From positions 806,001 through 870,000 of the forward strand of contig OZ237760.1 in assembly GCA_965178125.1 (NCBI GenBank): a DNA stretch of 64,000 nt, read 5' to 3'. The stretch's first letter is position 1; the number at the start of each line of letters is the position of its first letter. Under the pieces are notes generated by a model. The model did not search any database, had not been told where the DNA came from, and saw only the letters and a program-made list of their open reading frames with translations. Shown here in pieces: positions 49,601-62,479 of the stretch. The translations under genes and the position numbers were made by a program. This DNA comes from Bilabrum cf. latius (lineage: Eukaryota).

Positions 49601-52600
49601 CTGGAAGAGCTGCAGCGGCGGGAGGAGGAGGCCGAGGAGGCGGAGCGGGCGCTGCGGGAGCAGGAGGAGGGCATGCAGGTGATGGCGGCGCAGCAGGCCG
49701 CGCTGTACGCGCAGTACGTGCGGGAGCGCAAGGGCTGGGAGGCTGCCGTGGAGGGCGCCAGGGAGGCCAAGGAGGAGGCCGAGACGGAGCTGGAGGCCGT
49801 GAGGGCGCGGCTGTCGGTCGTGGAGCGAGTGGTGGGGCTGCTCGGCGAGGGCGGGGGCGGGGGCGAAGAGGGCGGCAGCAAGACCTCGTCGCAGGGCAGG
49901 CTGCGGGAGGAGCTCCGGAGGCTCACGGGCGAGCTGGCTGCATGGGAGGAGGAAGGGCCCAGGATGAGGCGCAAGCTGCGGCTGGCGGCGGACGAGGCCG
50001 ATGCCGCGAGGCGGGCCCAGGCGGCCGCGGAGGACGCCGCGATCGAGTCCGAGGCGGCCCTTCGCCGGCGGGTGGTGTACCTGGAGAGCTGGCGGGAGGG
50101 GGCGCGGGCCCGGCTGCAGCGCATGCAGGAGGAGCTGGAGGGGGCGGTGCGCGGGCCCGTGCACGAGGCGGCGCTGCAGCGGGAGGCGGGGCTGCGGTCC
50201 CGCGTGGCTGCCTCCGGCGCGGAGGTGGCGCGGCTGACGGCGGAGCTGGCCGAGCTCAGGGGCCAGCGGCGGCTGCGGCGGGAGGCGCAGGAGAGGGCAA
50301 GGCTGCTTGCGGTGGAGGCCGAAGGACTCAAGGGGCAGCGGGACGCGGCCCGGCAGGAGGCAGATGCCCTCAGGAAGGCCGCCGAGGAGCGGGACCGGGG
50401 AACAGGGGGCGGGGGTGCCCCGGGTGCTCCGGGTGCTCGGGGGGAGCAGGACTTCGCGGGAATGTCGCGGGCTCAGCTGGCGGCGGCGGTGGCGCGTGCC
50501 AGGGGTGACGCGGCCGCGGCTCAGGTGCTCGCGGGCGAGGAGGCGGCGAGGGGCAAGGTGCTGTCGGACCGAGCCGAGGAGCTGCGGGCCGAGGCGCAGG
50601 CGGCGCGGGCCCGAGCCGACGAGGCCGAGGCTCAGCTGCGGGCCGCGCAGGAGCAGGCGGTCTCCGCGCAGGAGGCCCGGGACGATGCCGTGAAGCGGGC
50701 GGCCGAGGGGCTGGGCGGGGAGGAGGCCAGCGCGGCCAGGGCGAAGCTCGCGGCGGCCGTGGCCGCAGCGGCCGACGGGTCTGCCGCCGCGCGGGCCGCC
50801 CGTGAGCAGGCGGTCGCGGCCGAGGAACACGCCGCGGGGATGCTTTCGCTGGCGAGGCGGCGCCTCGAGGCGGCAGAGCGGGCGCGCAAGGACGCCCGCG
50901 AAGCCGCGGAGAGGGGCCCCTCGGACGACGACGCGGCCATCATCGGGCGGCTGCAGGCGCGGCTGGTGGCGGCGCAGGGGGCCTACATGGCGCTGGCGGC
51001 CAGGTTCGAGCGGGCGCGGGCGGCGCTGCGGAGGGAACAGGTGGCGCGCGCGGCGGTGGAGACGGCCTCTGACGGGGACCAGGCCAGGCACGCGGCGGCT
51101 GCGGAGGAGTGGCGGGCGGCGCGCGAGGGACTCGGCCAGGAACTGAGGCGGGTGCGGCTGCGGGCGGCCGTGTCCGAGGCCGTGGCGCGGGCGCTGCGGG
51201 AGGGCACCGAGGTGCCTCCGGGGGCGCTGGAGCGGGCGGGGGGGCTTGAAGGGGGCGGCTCGGCCAGGGGCTCGAACGAGGCGGCCGCGCCGCGCGGCGG
51301 GGGCGCCGCCGTGGCAGCTCTAGTGGACCAGGTGCTTCCCGCGGATGGGGAGGAGGAGGCCGCCGCCGGAGGCAGCAGGCGCGCGAGGGGGGCGGGGGCG
51401 GCGGCTTCTGGCGCCCCATCACCCGCCTCCGGGGGGGGGCAGGAGGATGACGCGCTGCTGTCCGCGCTGCTGGCCATGGAGGGCTCCCTGCGGCGGCTGG
51501 CGGCGGACGCGTCCTCGAGGGACGGCAAGGCGGCCTCGGATGCGCGGCGGAGGGCAGAGGCGGAGGCGGCGCTGGCGGAGGCGAAGGAGCAGCAGAGGGG
51601 AGCAGAGGCACTCGTGGGCGACGTGCGGGCGGCGCTCGCGGCAGCCGAGGCCGCCAGCCGCAGGGGTGACCCGGCGGTGGGCCCCGTGGAGGACGTGGCC
51701 ACTGCTGGCAAGGTGCTCCGGCTGCACGAGGAGCTGAGGAGGGCGCGGCTGGAGGGGCTGCGGTCTGGCCGCCGGGCCAAGGACCAGGAGGATCGCGCCG
51801 TGGCGGCGGAGCGGAGGGCGGGGGGCCTGCGGCGGGAGCTTCACCGCGCCGAGGAGGAGTCCGAGGCGGCGCTGCACCGCGCGAGGGACGCCGAGGAGGA
51901 GGCCAGGAGGGAGCGGGTGAGGGGGGGCAGGGCCGAGGAGGAGGCCGCGGCGGCCGAGGCCGTGGCCCGGGCGCTGCAGGGGCGAGACGAGGCCCCTGAG
52001 GGGGAGCCCGGGTCTCACCGTGGGGAGGCAGGCTCGGGTGGGTAGGGCAAGGGGGCGCGCCGAGGAGGGGGCAGCAGGATGGCACCGGGGGAGGCAGAGG
52101 CCGAGATCGCGCGGCTGCGGCGGGAGGCCGAGGGCTCTCGCGGGGTGCTGCGCGCGGTGCAGCGCAGGGCTGGTCTGCTGCGGGACCTGGTGCGTCTGCG
52201 GGGCGACTGGGTGCGGCGGCTGTCCCGGGCCCTCCGGTCGCACGGGGTCCGCAGCTCCAGCCTGGTGTCGGAGGAGGAGCAGGACGAGGAGAGGGAGCTG
52301 ATCCGGCGCGCGGGGGAGGCCCGGCGGGAGGAAAAGAGGGCAGCCCGTGGTGGGGGCGCTGCCGCCGGGGACGGAGGCGAGTTCGGGTTCGATGGGGAGC
52401 CAGAGGGCGGGCGAGGCGGGAAGAGGACCCGCCTCTCGGACGACGGCGAAGGGGGAGGTGCCAGCGGAGAGGACGAGGACGAGGACGCGCTGGCGGGCGT
52501 GGGAGCGCAGGCCGCGGACCTCACCAACGACGGGGACGACGACACCGGCACGGACTCTGACGCCGAGGAGGGCCTAGGGGGCCGGAGAAGAGGAGGGGGC

Positions 52601-55440
52601 TCCGCGTCCGCGCTCCGGCGGCTGGCAGCGCAGCACGAGGCCGAGAAGAAGCGGCTGACAGAGGCCACCCGCCAGACGGTGGGCGAGCTCAGGCGGCTGT
52701 TGGCCGACAAGAACGATGCCCTGGAGCGTGCCAGGCGGGAGCTGGACCGCCTGGGCCGGGCGGGCGCCTCGGAGGCGGCTCGGCGGCGGGAGCTGGAGGG
52801 CGTCGCTGCCGCCGAGGAGGCCTTCGGGGAGTCGAGGAAAGCGGCGGCCCGGCTGCGGGAGGCCGTGGACGACGTGGAGGCGAGGTACGGCGATGGGGCG
52901 GGGGAGGAGGAGGCGCTGGCCAGGATGGGGGCCAACGCGAGGGATGCGGCGCTGGCCAGTCGCAGGGCGATGGAGGCCGAGCGCGAGCTGGAGGCGCTCC
53001 GAGGGGAGGCGGAGGGGCTGCAGCGGCGGCTGGAGGCGGCCGAGCAGGCTCTGGCCGCGTCCGAGCGGGGCCAGCTGGAGGCGGAGGCCCGGGCGGGGGA
53101 GCTGGAGGCGGACCGCGGGAGGCGCAGCCTGGAGCGCATGGTTGCGACGATGCGCAAGCAGCTCGCGGCGCGCGAGGGCAAGCTGCGTGCCCTGCAGGCT
53201 AGTCTGGCTGCTCTGAAGGACGAGGTGGTGCGGCTGGAGGGGGAGGGCGCGGCGGCGAGGCAGGGGGAGGACGCGGCACGTGCTGCGCTGGAGAGCGAGC
53301 GGAGTGCGCGGGGGGAGGCGCAGGCCGGGAAAGGGGGCGAAGGCAAGGGTGGAGATGCCGGCGAGGGCGAGGGCGAGGGCGAGGGGGAGTGGAAGCGCAG
53401 GTACGAGGCGCAGCGGCGGCGTCTGGCTGGCTTGCGACGAGAGAAGGACGAGGCGCAGGCGGCTCTGCGGGCCGCGGAGGAGAGGCTGGCCTCTGCGCGC
53501 CGGGGGGAGGGCACGGCCCGACAGGAGGCGAGGGAGGCCCGGGCGAAGGGGCAGGCGCTCGCGGAGGAGGTCAAGGGGCTGCGCAAGGAAGCCGACCAGC
53601 TGAGGAGGGCCGCGGACCGGGACAGGGAGGGCGAGGCGCGGCGGCTGGCGACGGCCATGGCGCGAGGGGCGGAGGAGGCCGGGGTGGCCGAGGGGGGCGG
53701 GGGCGCGGAGCTCCGGCGGAGGGTGCGCGTCCTTGAGGCGCAGGCCGCGGCTCTGCGGGCGGAGAACAGCGACTTGCAGCGGAGGCTGCGGCAGGCCGAG
53801 AGCAGACGGGCCCGGCAGGCGGGCAGGGAGACGGCTGGCGGCGGGTCGGCGGCCCCGGCGGCGCCCCACGAGGCTCACCCGCCGCCACCAGGCACCATGG
53901 GTGGTGGCCGCGCCTCTGCCGCAGCACCGGTCACCGCCGGGGCCGCGACGACGACGTGGGAGGCCGACTCGAAGCTGCGGCGGCGGGTGGAGCAGCTGTC
54001 CAGGCAGCTGCAGGCGCGGGCCGAGGAGGCGAGGGAGGCCCGGGGCAGGGCCGAGGCGAGCGCGAGGAAGGAGGAGCAGGCCCGCAAGGAGAGGGCCGCG
54101 GCGGACAAGCGGCTGGCCAAGGCCCTGCGGAGGGCGGCCAAGGCCGAGGAGGCGGCCCGGGTGGCGCTGGAGAGAGCCGCGCCCGCGGAGGAGGAGCGGC
54201 GCATGCGCCTGGAGGCCGAGGACGAGGCGGCGCGATGGAGGGCAAGGGCCGAGGGGGAGCAGAAGGCGGAGCTGAGGAGGGCGCGGGCCGAGGCCCAGGA
54301 TGCGAGGCGGCGGGCGGAGCGGGCGGAGGGTGAGGCCGAGGCAGCAATGCAGGAGGCCAAGGGCGCGGAGGCGGCACTGCGGCGGGAGCGGGAGGCCGGC
54401 GGGGGCGGGGAGCGAGAGGAGGCCCTGTCGCGGGACGCTCGCGCTGCGAGGGAGGAGCTGGCCGCGGTGCGTCGGGAAGCGGCGCGCACCCGGCGCGCAC
54501 TGGCCGAGGCGGAGAGCGCGGCCGTGCTGCGGGACGGCGAAGCGGCCGAGCTTCGGTTCGCGCTGGACGAGGCCAAGCAGGGGGAGGCGAGGGCCAGGCG
54601 ACGGGCCGAGGAGGCAGAGGCGATCGCCCACGCTGCCGGGCTGGTGGGTGCTGGTGGCAGGATGGGTGCCTCGGAGGCAGGGGCAGGGGCATTGACAGGG
54701 GCAGGTGACGGCGTGCTGCGTGCCAAGCTCCGGAGGGCAGAGGAGGAAGGGGCCAAGGCGCGCCGGGAGGCCAAACGCCTCCGCAGGCGGCTGCAGGAGC
54801 TGCAGGAAGGGGGCGCTGACAGCGCGGGTGCCGGGCCCGGTGGCTCCCCTGCCTCCTCCGCGGGCGACGCCGCTTCGTCGCTGCGGAGGGAGGTGCAGGC
54901 GGCCAGGCAGTCCGCCGACAGAGAGGCGGCCAGAGCCAGGGAGGCGCAGGGCCGCGCCACGGAGGCAGAGGAGAGCCTGCGGGCGGCGAGGAGGCAGCAG
55001 CAGCGGGCAGAGACCGCCAGGGAACAGGCGCAGGAGCAGCTCAAGTCCGCTCGAGGGGAGGCGGAGCGACTGGGGGCAGAGCTGGAGGCGGCCAGGCGCG
55101 CTAGTGCGGGTGCCACAGCAGCGGGGGGCGGCAGCAGCGCGCCTGTCGCTGTTGGTGCGAGTGCTGCAGCAGGAAGCGGCTCCGTGGGCGGCGGCTCTGC
55201 TAGCTCGGGGGAGGGTGTGGCCCCTTCCAGCGGGAACGGGCCTGGTGCTGCTTCTGCATCTGGTGCTGCTTCTGCTTCTGCCTTGCGCGCCGCGCAGTCC
55301 TCAGCTCAAGAGGAGCGGAGGCGGCGGGAGGCGGCCGAGAGGGCTGTGGCAGGGCTGGAGGAGAGGGTGCGGCGGGCGGAGCAGGCGGCTCGAGAGGCCA
55401 GGGAACAGGCAAAAGGGGGGAGTGCCGGTGGCGATGCAAG

Positions 55441-55471
<31 letters not shown>

Positions 55472-55774
55472 CAGGGGGCGCTGCAAGAGGCCCAGCGCCG
55501 GATCGCTGCCCTCTCGAAGGAGAACGCCGACCTGCGGGCCGAGCTGGGTGCCTTTGACCTGGAGTTCTTCGAGGAGCTGGAGGACCTCAAGTGGAGGTAC
55601 TAGCAGGCCGCGGCCAAGTGCCGGGCCTTCGACCAGTGGCTGACGGCGAGGGGGGAGGGGCCCTACGAGGGCGGGGAGGGGGACGGGTCGGGGAGGGGGC
55701 CCAGGGCGAGGGGGGGCGGAGCGGGGGGGGTTGCGGCTGGGGGCAGCGGGGAGGGCAAGGAGCAGGACGACTGA
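46649..55774 (+). CDS. CEP290: CEP290 ciliary transition-zone coiled-coil protein (~3041 aa); in-frame TAGs at 47117, 52043, 55601
   Basis: CEP290-like blocks ELEDDRVELLRQLR, LYAQYVRERKGW, SDDDAAIIGRLQ, WEADSKL, and the C-terminal FDLEFFEELEDLKWRY signature. Three co-frame ORFs; the frame continues to TGA at 55772. Confidence 0.88.
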
Positions 55775-56113
55775 GGCTTGACCGGAAGTGCAGGGGGGCT
55801 GAATCCGCCGAAGCCGGATAGGGTCATCAGATCAGATAGGATAGGATAGGATCGTTGACAGGTAGACATTGCAGACATGTTGTGCGGCGCGATGAAATCG
55901 AAACCAATTGATGCTTGATGCAAGGCAGTGCGCGTGTGTCATGATCAACTCATCGTGCACCGTTAGCAGATACGGGCTCTGGCTTCTCGGCGTGCTTAAC
56001 TGGTGGTGCACGCTTGCCACCCACAAGCCTCACATCACAGCTCCTGCTCCTGCTCCCGACTATCGGGTGACACATATTGGGGAGGAGGGGTTGCAGTGCG
56101 GCTCTGGGCGGGC

Positions 56114-57306
56114 TCATGCGCTGTAGGCGTCCAAGTTGCTGGACAGGAAGGCCATGTTGGAGTCCATCACGCGGATGGTGTACAGCACCTTGCCCCCGCC
56201 GTCCATCTCGGCCCAGTTGGGCCCCGAGACGATCTCCTTCTGCCCGGCGGGCACAGTCGGCAGCGTGATCAACTGCTTGCCCATGTACGTGTCCCACAGC
56301 ATGCCGCGGTCGTACACCTGGATGGTAGCGCGGGTCACGCTCTCATCCACCATCACGACGTACCCGAGGTTGTCTGCGGGGCGAGAGCTGGGTAATAAAT
56401 ATTAGCGACAGCAGTCTGGTTGATAGCACGGCGTCCGGCACCAGAGCAGACACAAACTATTTGTGCGATCATTCCAACATGATGCTCAAATTACCTCCTT
56501 ACACTTGGGATCCACAGTCTCGTCCAGCGATGGTGTGGCGATCGATGTACCAAAGTTGGAGTTGGCACCGATTACGCTGTTCCTGTCGGTTCCATCGAAG
56601 CTTACTGCGGAAAAAGAATTAAATTTCTAAACCAACAAGCATGGGCCATGTTTCTGCTTGCTCTTACGAGCGGCCTTGTCAAAGAAGCCTTGGGAACTGG
56701 GCTATGGCTGGGTAGCAGCCTCCCAGCGACGGCAAAGAGAGAGACAACCAACATAAATCTAGCGCAACAGCTCACCATGGATATACGGGTCGCTCTTTCC
56801 GCAGCACTCCACGTTGGGCAGCCCCTCAGCTCTGTGGATGAACCTGCAAGATATGTAGAGACGGTGAGTTTGGCAAGAGCCAGTCCACTCGGATGGTACA
56901 GCACGGCATGGCAAGGTACCAAAGCTAGCCGTTCAGTGCATTAGCGCGTTAAACGTTTACAGCTGCACGGAACTAGGTGCTGAGCCTCTGTTCGGTCCCA
57001 TGCCGTAATTCACTCTCACACTCCGAGCATCCTGCGGGGAGAAGCGAAATACGTCGACAAGAAAATCAAACTACGCTGCGCACCGAAATGCATACAATAT
57101 AAGTGCATCAATGTAGCCATAAACGGGAGACAAGCCCCGCAAAAGTAACCCCTGCTGCGCTCAAAGCTTGCAGCTATGATTGATGGCGGCAGGAACGCCA
57201 TGCGTCGCTGCCCGTTCCGCGAAAGCTGGGTACCTTACCTCGTATACTTGGTTCCAAGACTAATCCTAGTCACGGCTTCCTTGTCTGCTGCGCTCGCCTG
57301 GGCCAT
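56114..57306 (-). CDS. Small C2-domain protein (169 aa). Exons 57306-57239, 57031-57020, 56843-56776, 56604-56503, 56373-56114
   Basis: Spliced product ...MLGVFIHRAEGLPNVECCGKSDPYIHVSF...TPSLDETVDPKYN...IQVYDRGMLWDTYMG follows the C2 pattern. All four GT-AG introns are phase-compatible. Ends TGA. Confidence 0.8.
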
Positions 57307-57661
57307 TTTACCAGAGTCTACTGAGAAACCTTTGCAGCGGCGCCAACGACCAAAGGTCAATCGGTTTCGCGCTAGTGGTCGCATTTGTGGTCGCAACAGG
57401 TTGCAACCACAAATGCGAACTTTCGGTCCGTTAGGAAAGCTTCGGCAAGCCAAAGGGTGCTACCAAAGCACTTCCTGCAAACGTTCAACGATAGGTTGCA
57501 TAAATTTTCTGCTTGCGAGCTGTTTCTGCGAGAAGAACTAGGAGCCGCTTGCCTGAAGGCTACGGGGCCAATTTCCGAATATGGAGACGGGCGGCACCGC
57601 TGTGACAAGAGATGCCCCTACCCTCATATTGGATGATATTTCAGAAGAAGCGATTGATAAA

Positions 57662-58651
57662 ATGTCGGAAGACATCTAGCGATGGAAGCATCAATCAGCT
57701 GAAAGCGACATGAGGGTGAGCGTGCGCGCACCAACTTGGAACTAGCTCCCATCGCACTCCATCGGGCAGCATCAAACCAAGTAACCCTTCTCTTTATCAT
57801 GTTCTAATGCAGGAACTGCGGCGAGAAGTGGACGAGGCGAAGCTAAGCGGCGACATTGGCGCCTAGCGGGATGCTCAGTTCTAGCTGGCAACGAGGTTGG
57901 CCCTGCACCGGGGTAATGAGGAAGCAATTGAGGGAATAGCCATGCTACAAGGTGAGAATATGCAGAATATTGGGGTGACTCTCGAGTTCTCGATTTTGGA
58001 CTGAGTTTCGTATGTGCCCTGTAAGCACCCCAGTCTAGCAGGCCTGGCCGATGCGGGACACCGCGAGCTCGACTGCATGCTCCGAGCTGCGGCAGCTCAA
58101 ATGGAACTGGGTAACTTTGCAGAGTGCCGTAGAATGGTAGGCGACCTGCTAGACCGCGCGCCTACCCTGGAAGATGGGCTTGCATTGCGTGAAATCATGG
58201 TACGAACCGTGCGAGCACGTGAGTTGGAACTACCTGCCCGGCAACGATCCAAACCAGAGCCGCCGCAGTGCATGCGATGCACACCCAACTTACCTTGTAC
58301 CTTCTACCTCCCATTGCCCTCACAGATGGAGTGCCTGGCATCGCGCTGCTCACGGGGGCCGGGCTGCTCGTGGCAGGGGTCCTCTTCGGGCTCGTGCTGT
58401 GGGCCGAAGGGGACGGGGATGCACCGCCAGGGGCAGGGGCAGCCAGGTCGGGGAGGGTGGGCAGGAGAGGAAGGGGTGGGCGAGGTGCTTCCTCAGGGCA
58501 GCGCACTGGCAGGCCAACGCTAGGTGGTGCTGGGCGGGGGGTGCGTGCCACCGCTCCTCCTTTCTCTGGCGCTAGCTCTGGCGCTGCTGGCAGCGGAGGG
58601 CCTAGGGCAGGCAGGTCGCTGCGAGGGATCGTGGATCGACTGCACGAGTGA
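57662..58651 (+). CDS. FIS1: FIS1-like TPR protein with transmembrane segment. Exons 57662-57715, 57813-57951, 58042-58218, 58326-58651; in-frame TAGs at 57677, 57864, 57882
   Basis: AQF*LATRLA...EGIAMLQ, DCMLRAAAAQMELGNFAECRRMVGDLLDRAP and GVPGIALLTGAGLLVAGVLFGLVLW follow FIS1 architecture. GTGAG donors are phase-compatible. Ends TGA. Confidence 0.65.
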
Positions 58652-58864
58652 TCCCCGGGTCGCGGTTCGTGGATTCGAAAGGATCGGATTCACAGTTGTT
58701 TGTTTTGTTTTTGTACAGCAGCATTAACCTGGAGACAACATGCAGCATTCGCCTTCCAATCGCAGTGAATTGTCTACTCGGTCGCAGTACAACATGATGG
58801 GCTAGATCTGCCAGATCTTGCCGTGGTAGGGGATCATCACTCCATCCACTAGTAGTACTTCACG

Positions 58865-61800
58865 TCAGCTACCCTCCGGCAAGGATATCGCATCCCTTGC
58901 GTACACCAAGGCTGGCTCCTTGGCAGCCAGCACGCTCGCCCTCGAGCCACTTCCATCCACGGTGCCCTCGCCACTGCCACCCGCGGGGATCGCTGCGACA
59001 GGGCTCTAGCCCCCCTCGGCGGGTGCGAGATGGTGCGGCCCTTGAGGCTGCCCGTATGCCCTGGCATTCCGCAGCTTTCTTTTCTTCTCAGCTGGCTTGC
59101 CCTCTATAGGTGGAGAACCGCTGCTGCCGCCCGCCGACCTCGACTCAGGTATCGAGCCCCTCACCGAGCCCCCTTGCACGGATCCCTCCATGGATCCCTG
59201 CACAGACCCGTGCATGGACCCGTCAATCGATCCCCTGAAAGAGCTCTCCACGGATCGACTCATCATGGACGCGCCAGTCATGCTGGTGCCTCGGCTCGCA
59301 GCCGTGACAGGAGCCCCGATGAGTCCACCGAGCTCGTGACCAGGATTGCCCGGGGAGCCTCCCGCGGCCTCTCCCCGTCTGCGCCTCGGGGCCTCCTCTG
59401 CGTGCGCGTCTAGCCTAGCTGTCACATCGATGCCTCCACTTCGCTGTGCTTCAGTTGGGTGTGCCGGACCTGGTACCTGGTTCCCGTGATCGGCCTCCAG
59501 CTAGCTGTGCCCGCTCGCCCAGGCCGACTGGCTGCAATACGCCGGGCTCACGGCGAAGGAGCTCCCCTCCCTGCTGGATCCACTTCGCTTGCCCTTTTCG
59601 CTTCGGCTTCGGCTGTCTGACTGCGTGCCCCGCTAGGTAAGGCCCCACTTTGGGAGTTTCCTGAACTGCGAAGAGATGTGCATGGACGCGAGTGAACCGC
59701 CTCGGCTGCCAGACATCCCAGAGTGCATGGACGTCTCTGCATCCGAAGCAGCCTCTGCAATGGTTCCAAGGCTCTCTCCTCCATCACCCGGCTCTTCCCC
59801 CTGCCCTATGATCCCTTCGCTCTCGCTGGACCGCGTGGGGCCCTCGGGGACATCGCCATTCGGAATGGGCCTCGGGTGCTGTGTGCTGCCTGCTGGCTTC
59901 GATACTCTTGTCTCCTGCATAGTCAGACGGCGCAGTCCGTTGGCTCCCTTGTCAATCACTATGTCAGTGGGTGCACCGTTGGGAGCGGGCACAGCCTCAC
60001 CGGCATCACTTGATCCGCTGGGCTTGGGCAAGGGCACGAGACCAGCCGCTTCAACCTGCACGGGCAGCTTGCTGCCGCCCGAGTGCGCTGAGCCTGTTTT
60101 CTGCTTTTTGTTCCTGTCGGTAAGTGGATGTGCCCTGCCCGTTGGCCTGGTTCGTGGGGCCGGCAGGGGCACCCGAAGAGAAGGGACTTCCTCAGCTGCT
60201 CGCTCGTCCATGACGCGGTAGTCGAACCCTTCAATGTACGCGATGGCCTGCTATGCATTTGCAGTCTTCTCGCCATCAGCCGAATTTATCCAGTCCCCAT
60301 CTGCGACTCTCGAATGCGCGCCATTGCCTCTGTCACTGCCATTCCCTGAGTGGAAGATCTCGATGGAGGCGCTCTGCGCAGCTGCCCTCATGCTAGACTC
60401 CACGTCCGCGTTTGTCTTGCGGCTGCTCTCTCTCTTGCGCGGACCTTCCATGATATTCCTGTCACTGGTGGTCTCGGCCTCAGACGCTTGCGTTGTGCCG
60501 CTTCCGCTCGAGCTGCCTGGTACAGTTGAGCCTTTAGCGCGAAGGAAGCGAGCATGCCCGACCGCGGCCTCCCCACGACTGCCCCTGGACGAATTGGACG
60601 ATGTGCGGCCAGCAGCAGAGCCAGCCCCAACGACAACCTTGGCTTTCGATGGATTGCGTTCGATTGATTTCTGCGCGACGCGAGCCAGCTGCAGCATGTG
60701 GGAGAGTGTCCTGGCTCCCGCTCGCTTCTGGGCCCGCCCGATCACGCCATCTTTCCGGATGGCAGCTGCCTCTGCCGTAATCTCCCGCCCACCTAGATCT
60801 GCAGGAGTGAGTGAGGCCGCACTACTCGGATGCGTGCTTTTCTCGTCAACGCTGGCCGCCCTGCTGCGATTGAGGAGCCCCCTCGGCGGCCCCCTTCCCA
60901 CCGGCGAGCCTGCCCCGCTCTGCCTCCTCCCGAGCCACAGGCCCTCGCCTTTGCGCGCTTTTGCCGCGCTCAATGGCGCTCGCATCGTCGCGAAGCTTCG
61001 TCTTCGCATCCGATCGGACGGCATGGCTTGCTAGCTCTTCGTCTTGCGGATGCCCCCAGCTGCTTGATGCGGCAGTTGGGGGGCGAGCCGGGACTGCAGC
61101 CCCGCCAAAGACAGCCGCTCGCTGGAGGCAGGAACCCACGGGGGTGTTAGCAGTCTCGCCCTGAGTGCTTGCCAGTCGATTTCCTCGAACCACGGGTGCT
61201 CCATCACCTCCTGGATCCCATCGCCCCCGAGCCGCCAATGCTCGTTGCAGATGAGCAGCCTCTCCACGAAGTCCAGGCCCTCCTTGGATGGTTTCGGGGG
61301 AGGGATCGGGACTTCTCCGGCGCCAGGGCTTAGCAGACCCTACATAGTGCCGATACTAGATTTCTTCTTGCTCTTCTTGAATTCGGCCTCGTGCATGGAC
61401 CTGGTACCCTTGAGCCCTCCCCGACTGGCAGCCATGACCTCGGCAGCGATCTGTGCCTGCTCCTCGCTGTCGTCCAGGGTGCACCCAAAGACCACTCCTA
61501 TGGAGCGCCACCGCTTACGCTGGGCTTTGACTAGCACCCGCTGAGCCACGCTCCTCTCTAGGACCGCCTTGGCAGGGATAAAGCTGCGCATGCGCACCAT
61601 CGTCTGGATGCTCTCGCGGTCTGCCGGATACGGCCGCGTCCCAAACAGCAGCTAGTGCACCGTCACTCCAAGTGCATACATGTCAGCCATTCGATCGTGC
61701 TTGCGGGTGCGGACAAACACCTCCGGGGGCATGAAGTGCAAGGTGCCGCTCAGTCCCCGCGAGCTTGGGGCTTCGGCGCTCGATTCTCGGCGCACGCGAG

Positions 61801-62479
61801 CACTCACCCCAAAATCACCGATGCGAACAAAGCCATCAGAATCAATCATGAGATTTTCAGGCTTTACGTCTCGGTGAATGATGCCACGGGCGTGGAGATC
61901 GGCCAAGGCAAGCACAGCTTGGGCGGCATAAAATTTTGCAGCGTACTCGGGCAACCGCCCGAACGCCTGCCCGTGTGCCAGCCAGAATAGATCGCCGCCT
62001 GTGCATAGATCCATGACAAGGTATGCATTTTCTCTGTCTTGGAACGCGAAATGGAGGTTCACGACAGAAGTGCTTCGGCTCGTTGCCTGAAGCTCCCTCT
62101 CCAAGACAAGGCGCCGAACCCGCTTTGGCGAGAGAGTTGACTTGTCAATTACTTTCATGGCATACACGATATTGTTTCGGAGCCATTTGACGGCATACAC
62201 GGACCCGAATCCGCCCTGCGATACCAAAAAGAAGTTATGCTGAGGAGCGTGCTAAGGCGCACAGGGAACTCTGCATGGCGAGCAGAGCGTCAGAGCGCCA
62301 CTCACTGATCCAATACTGCATATTTGCTCAAATTCGTACAGCTTCTTTGCCGATAGTTGGGAGAGTGTGCGCCGATTTGGCTGATCCATGCGATGCGAGG
62401 TCTGCCCTGTAGGGTTAGGGGGGTCTGGTCCGTCATACTAGCCTGCAGACGCACCAACACTACTCGTCCCGCACCCCAT
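58865..62479 (-). CDS. AGC-group Ser/Thr protein kinase with N-terminal MGCGTS acylation motif and long disordered C-terminus. Intron 62305-62216; 8 in-frame TAGs
   Basis: IGS|GGFGSVY spans the intron; YAMKVI, HRDVKPEN, DFG, GTLHFMPPE, DMYALGVTVH*LLFGTRPY, DFVERLL..RLG..HPWF. TAGs at 62438, 61652, 61340, 61031, 60251, 59633, 59501, 59006. TGA at 58865. Confidence 0.9.

Noticed and set aside
47116-55590. Long antisense and alternate-frame ORFs (e.g. 48199-50331, 52574-54631; also 40013-41455 and 17-493)
   Set aside because: Shadows of GC-rich coding sequence on the opposite strand, with Ser/Ala/Arg-rich translations and no motifs.
62411-62422. Telomere-like AGGGTTAGGG
   Set aside because: Fewer than two units, and it lies within kinase exon 1.
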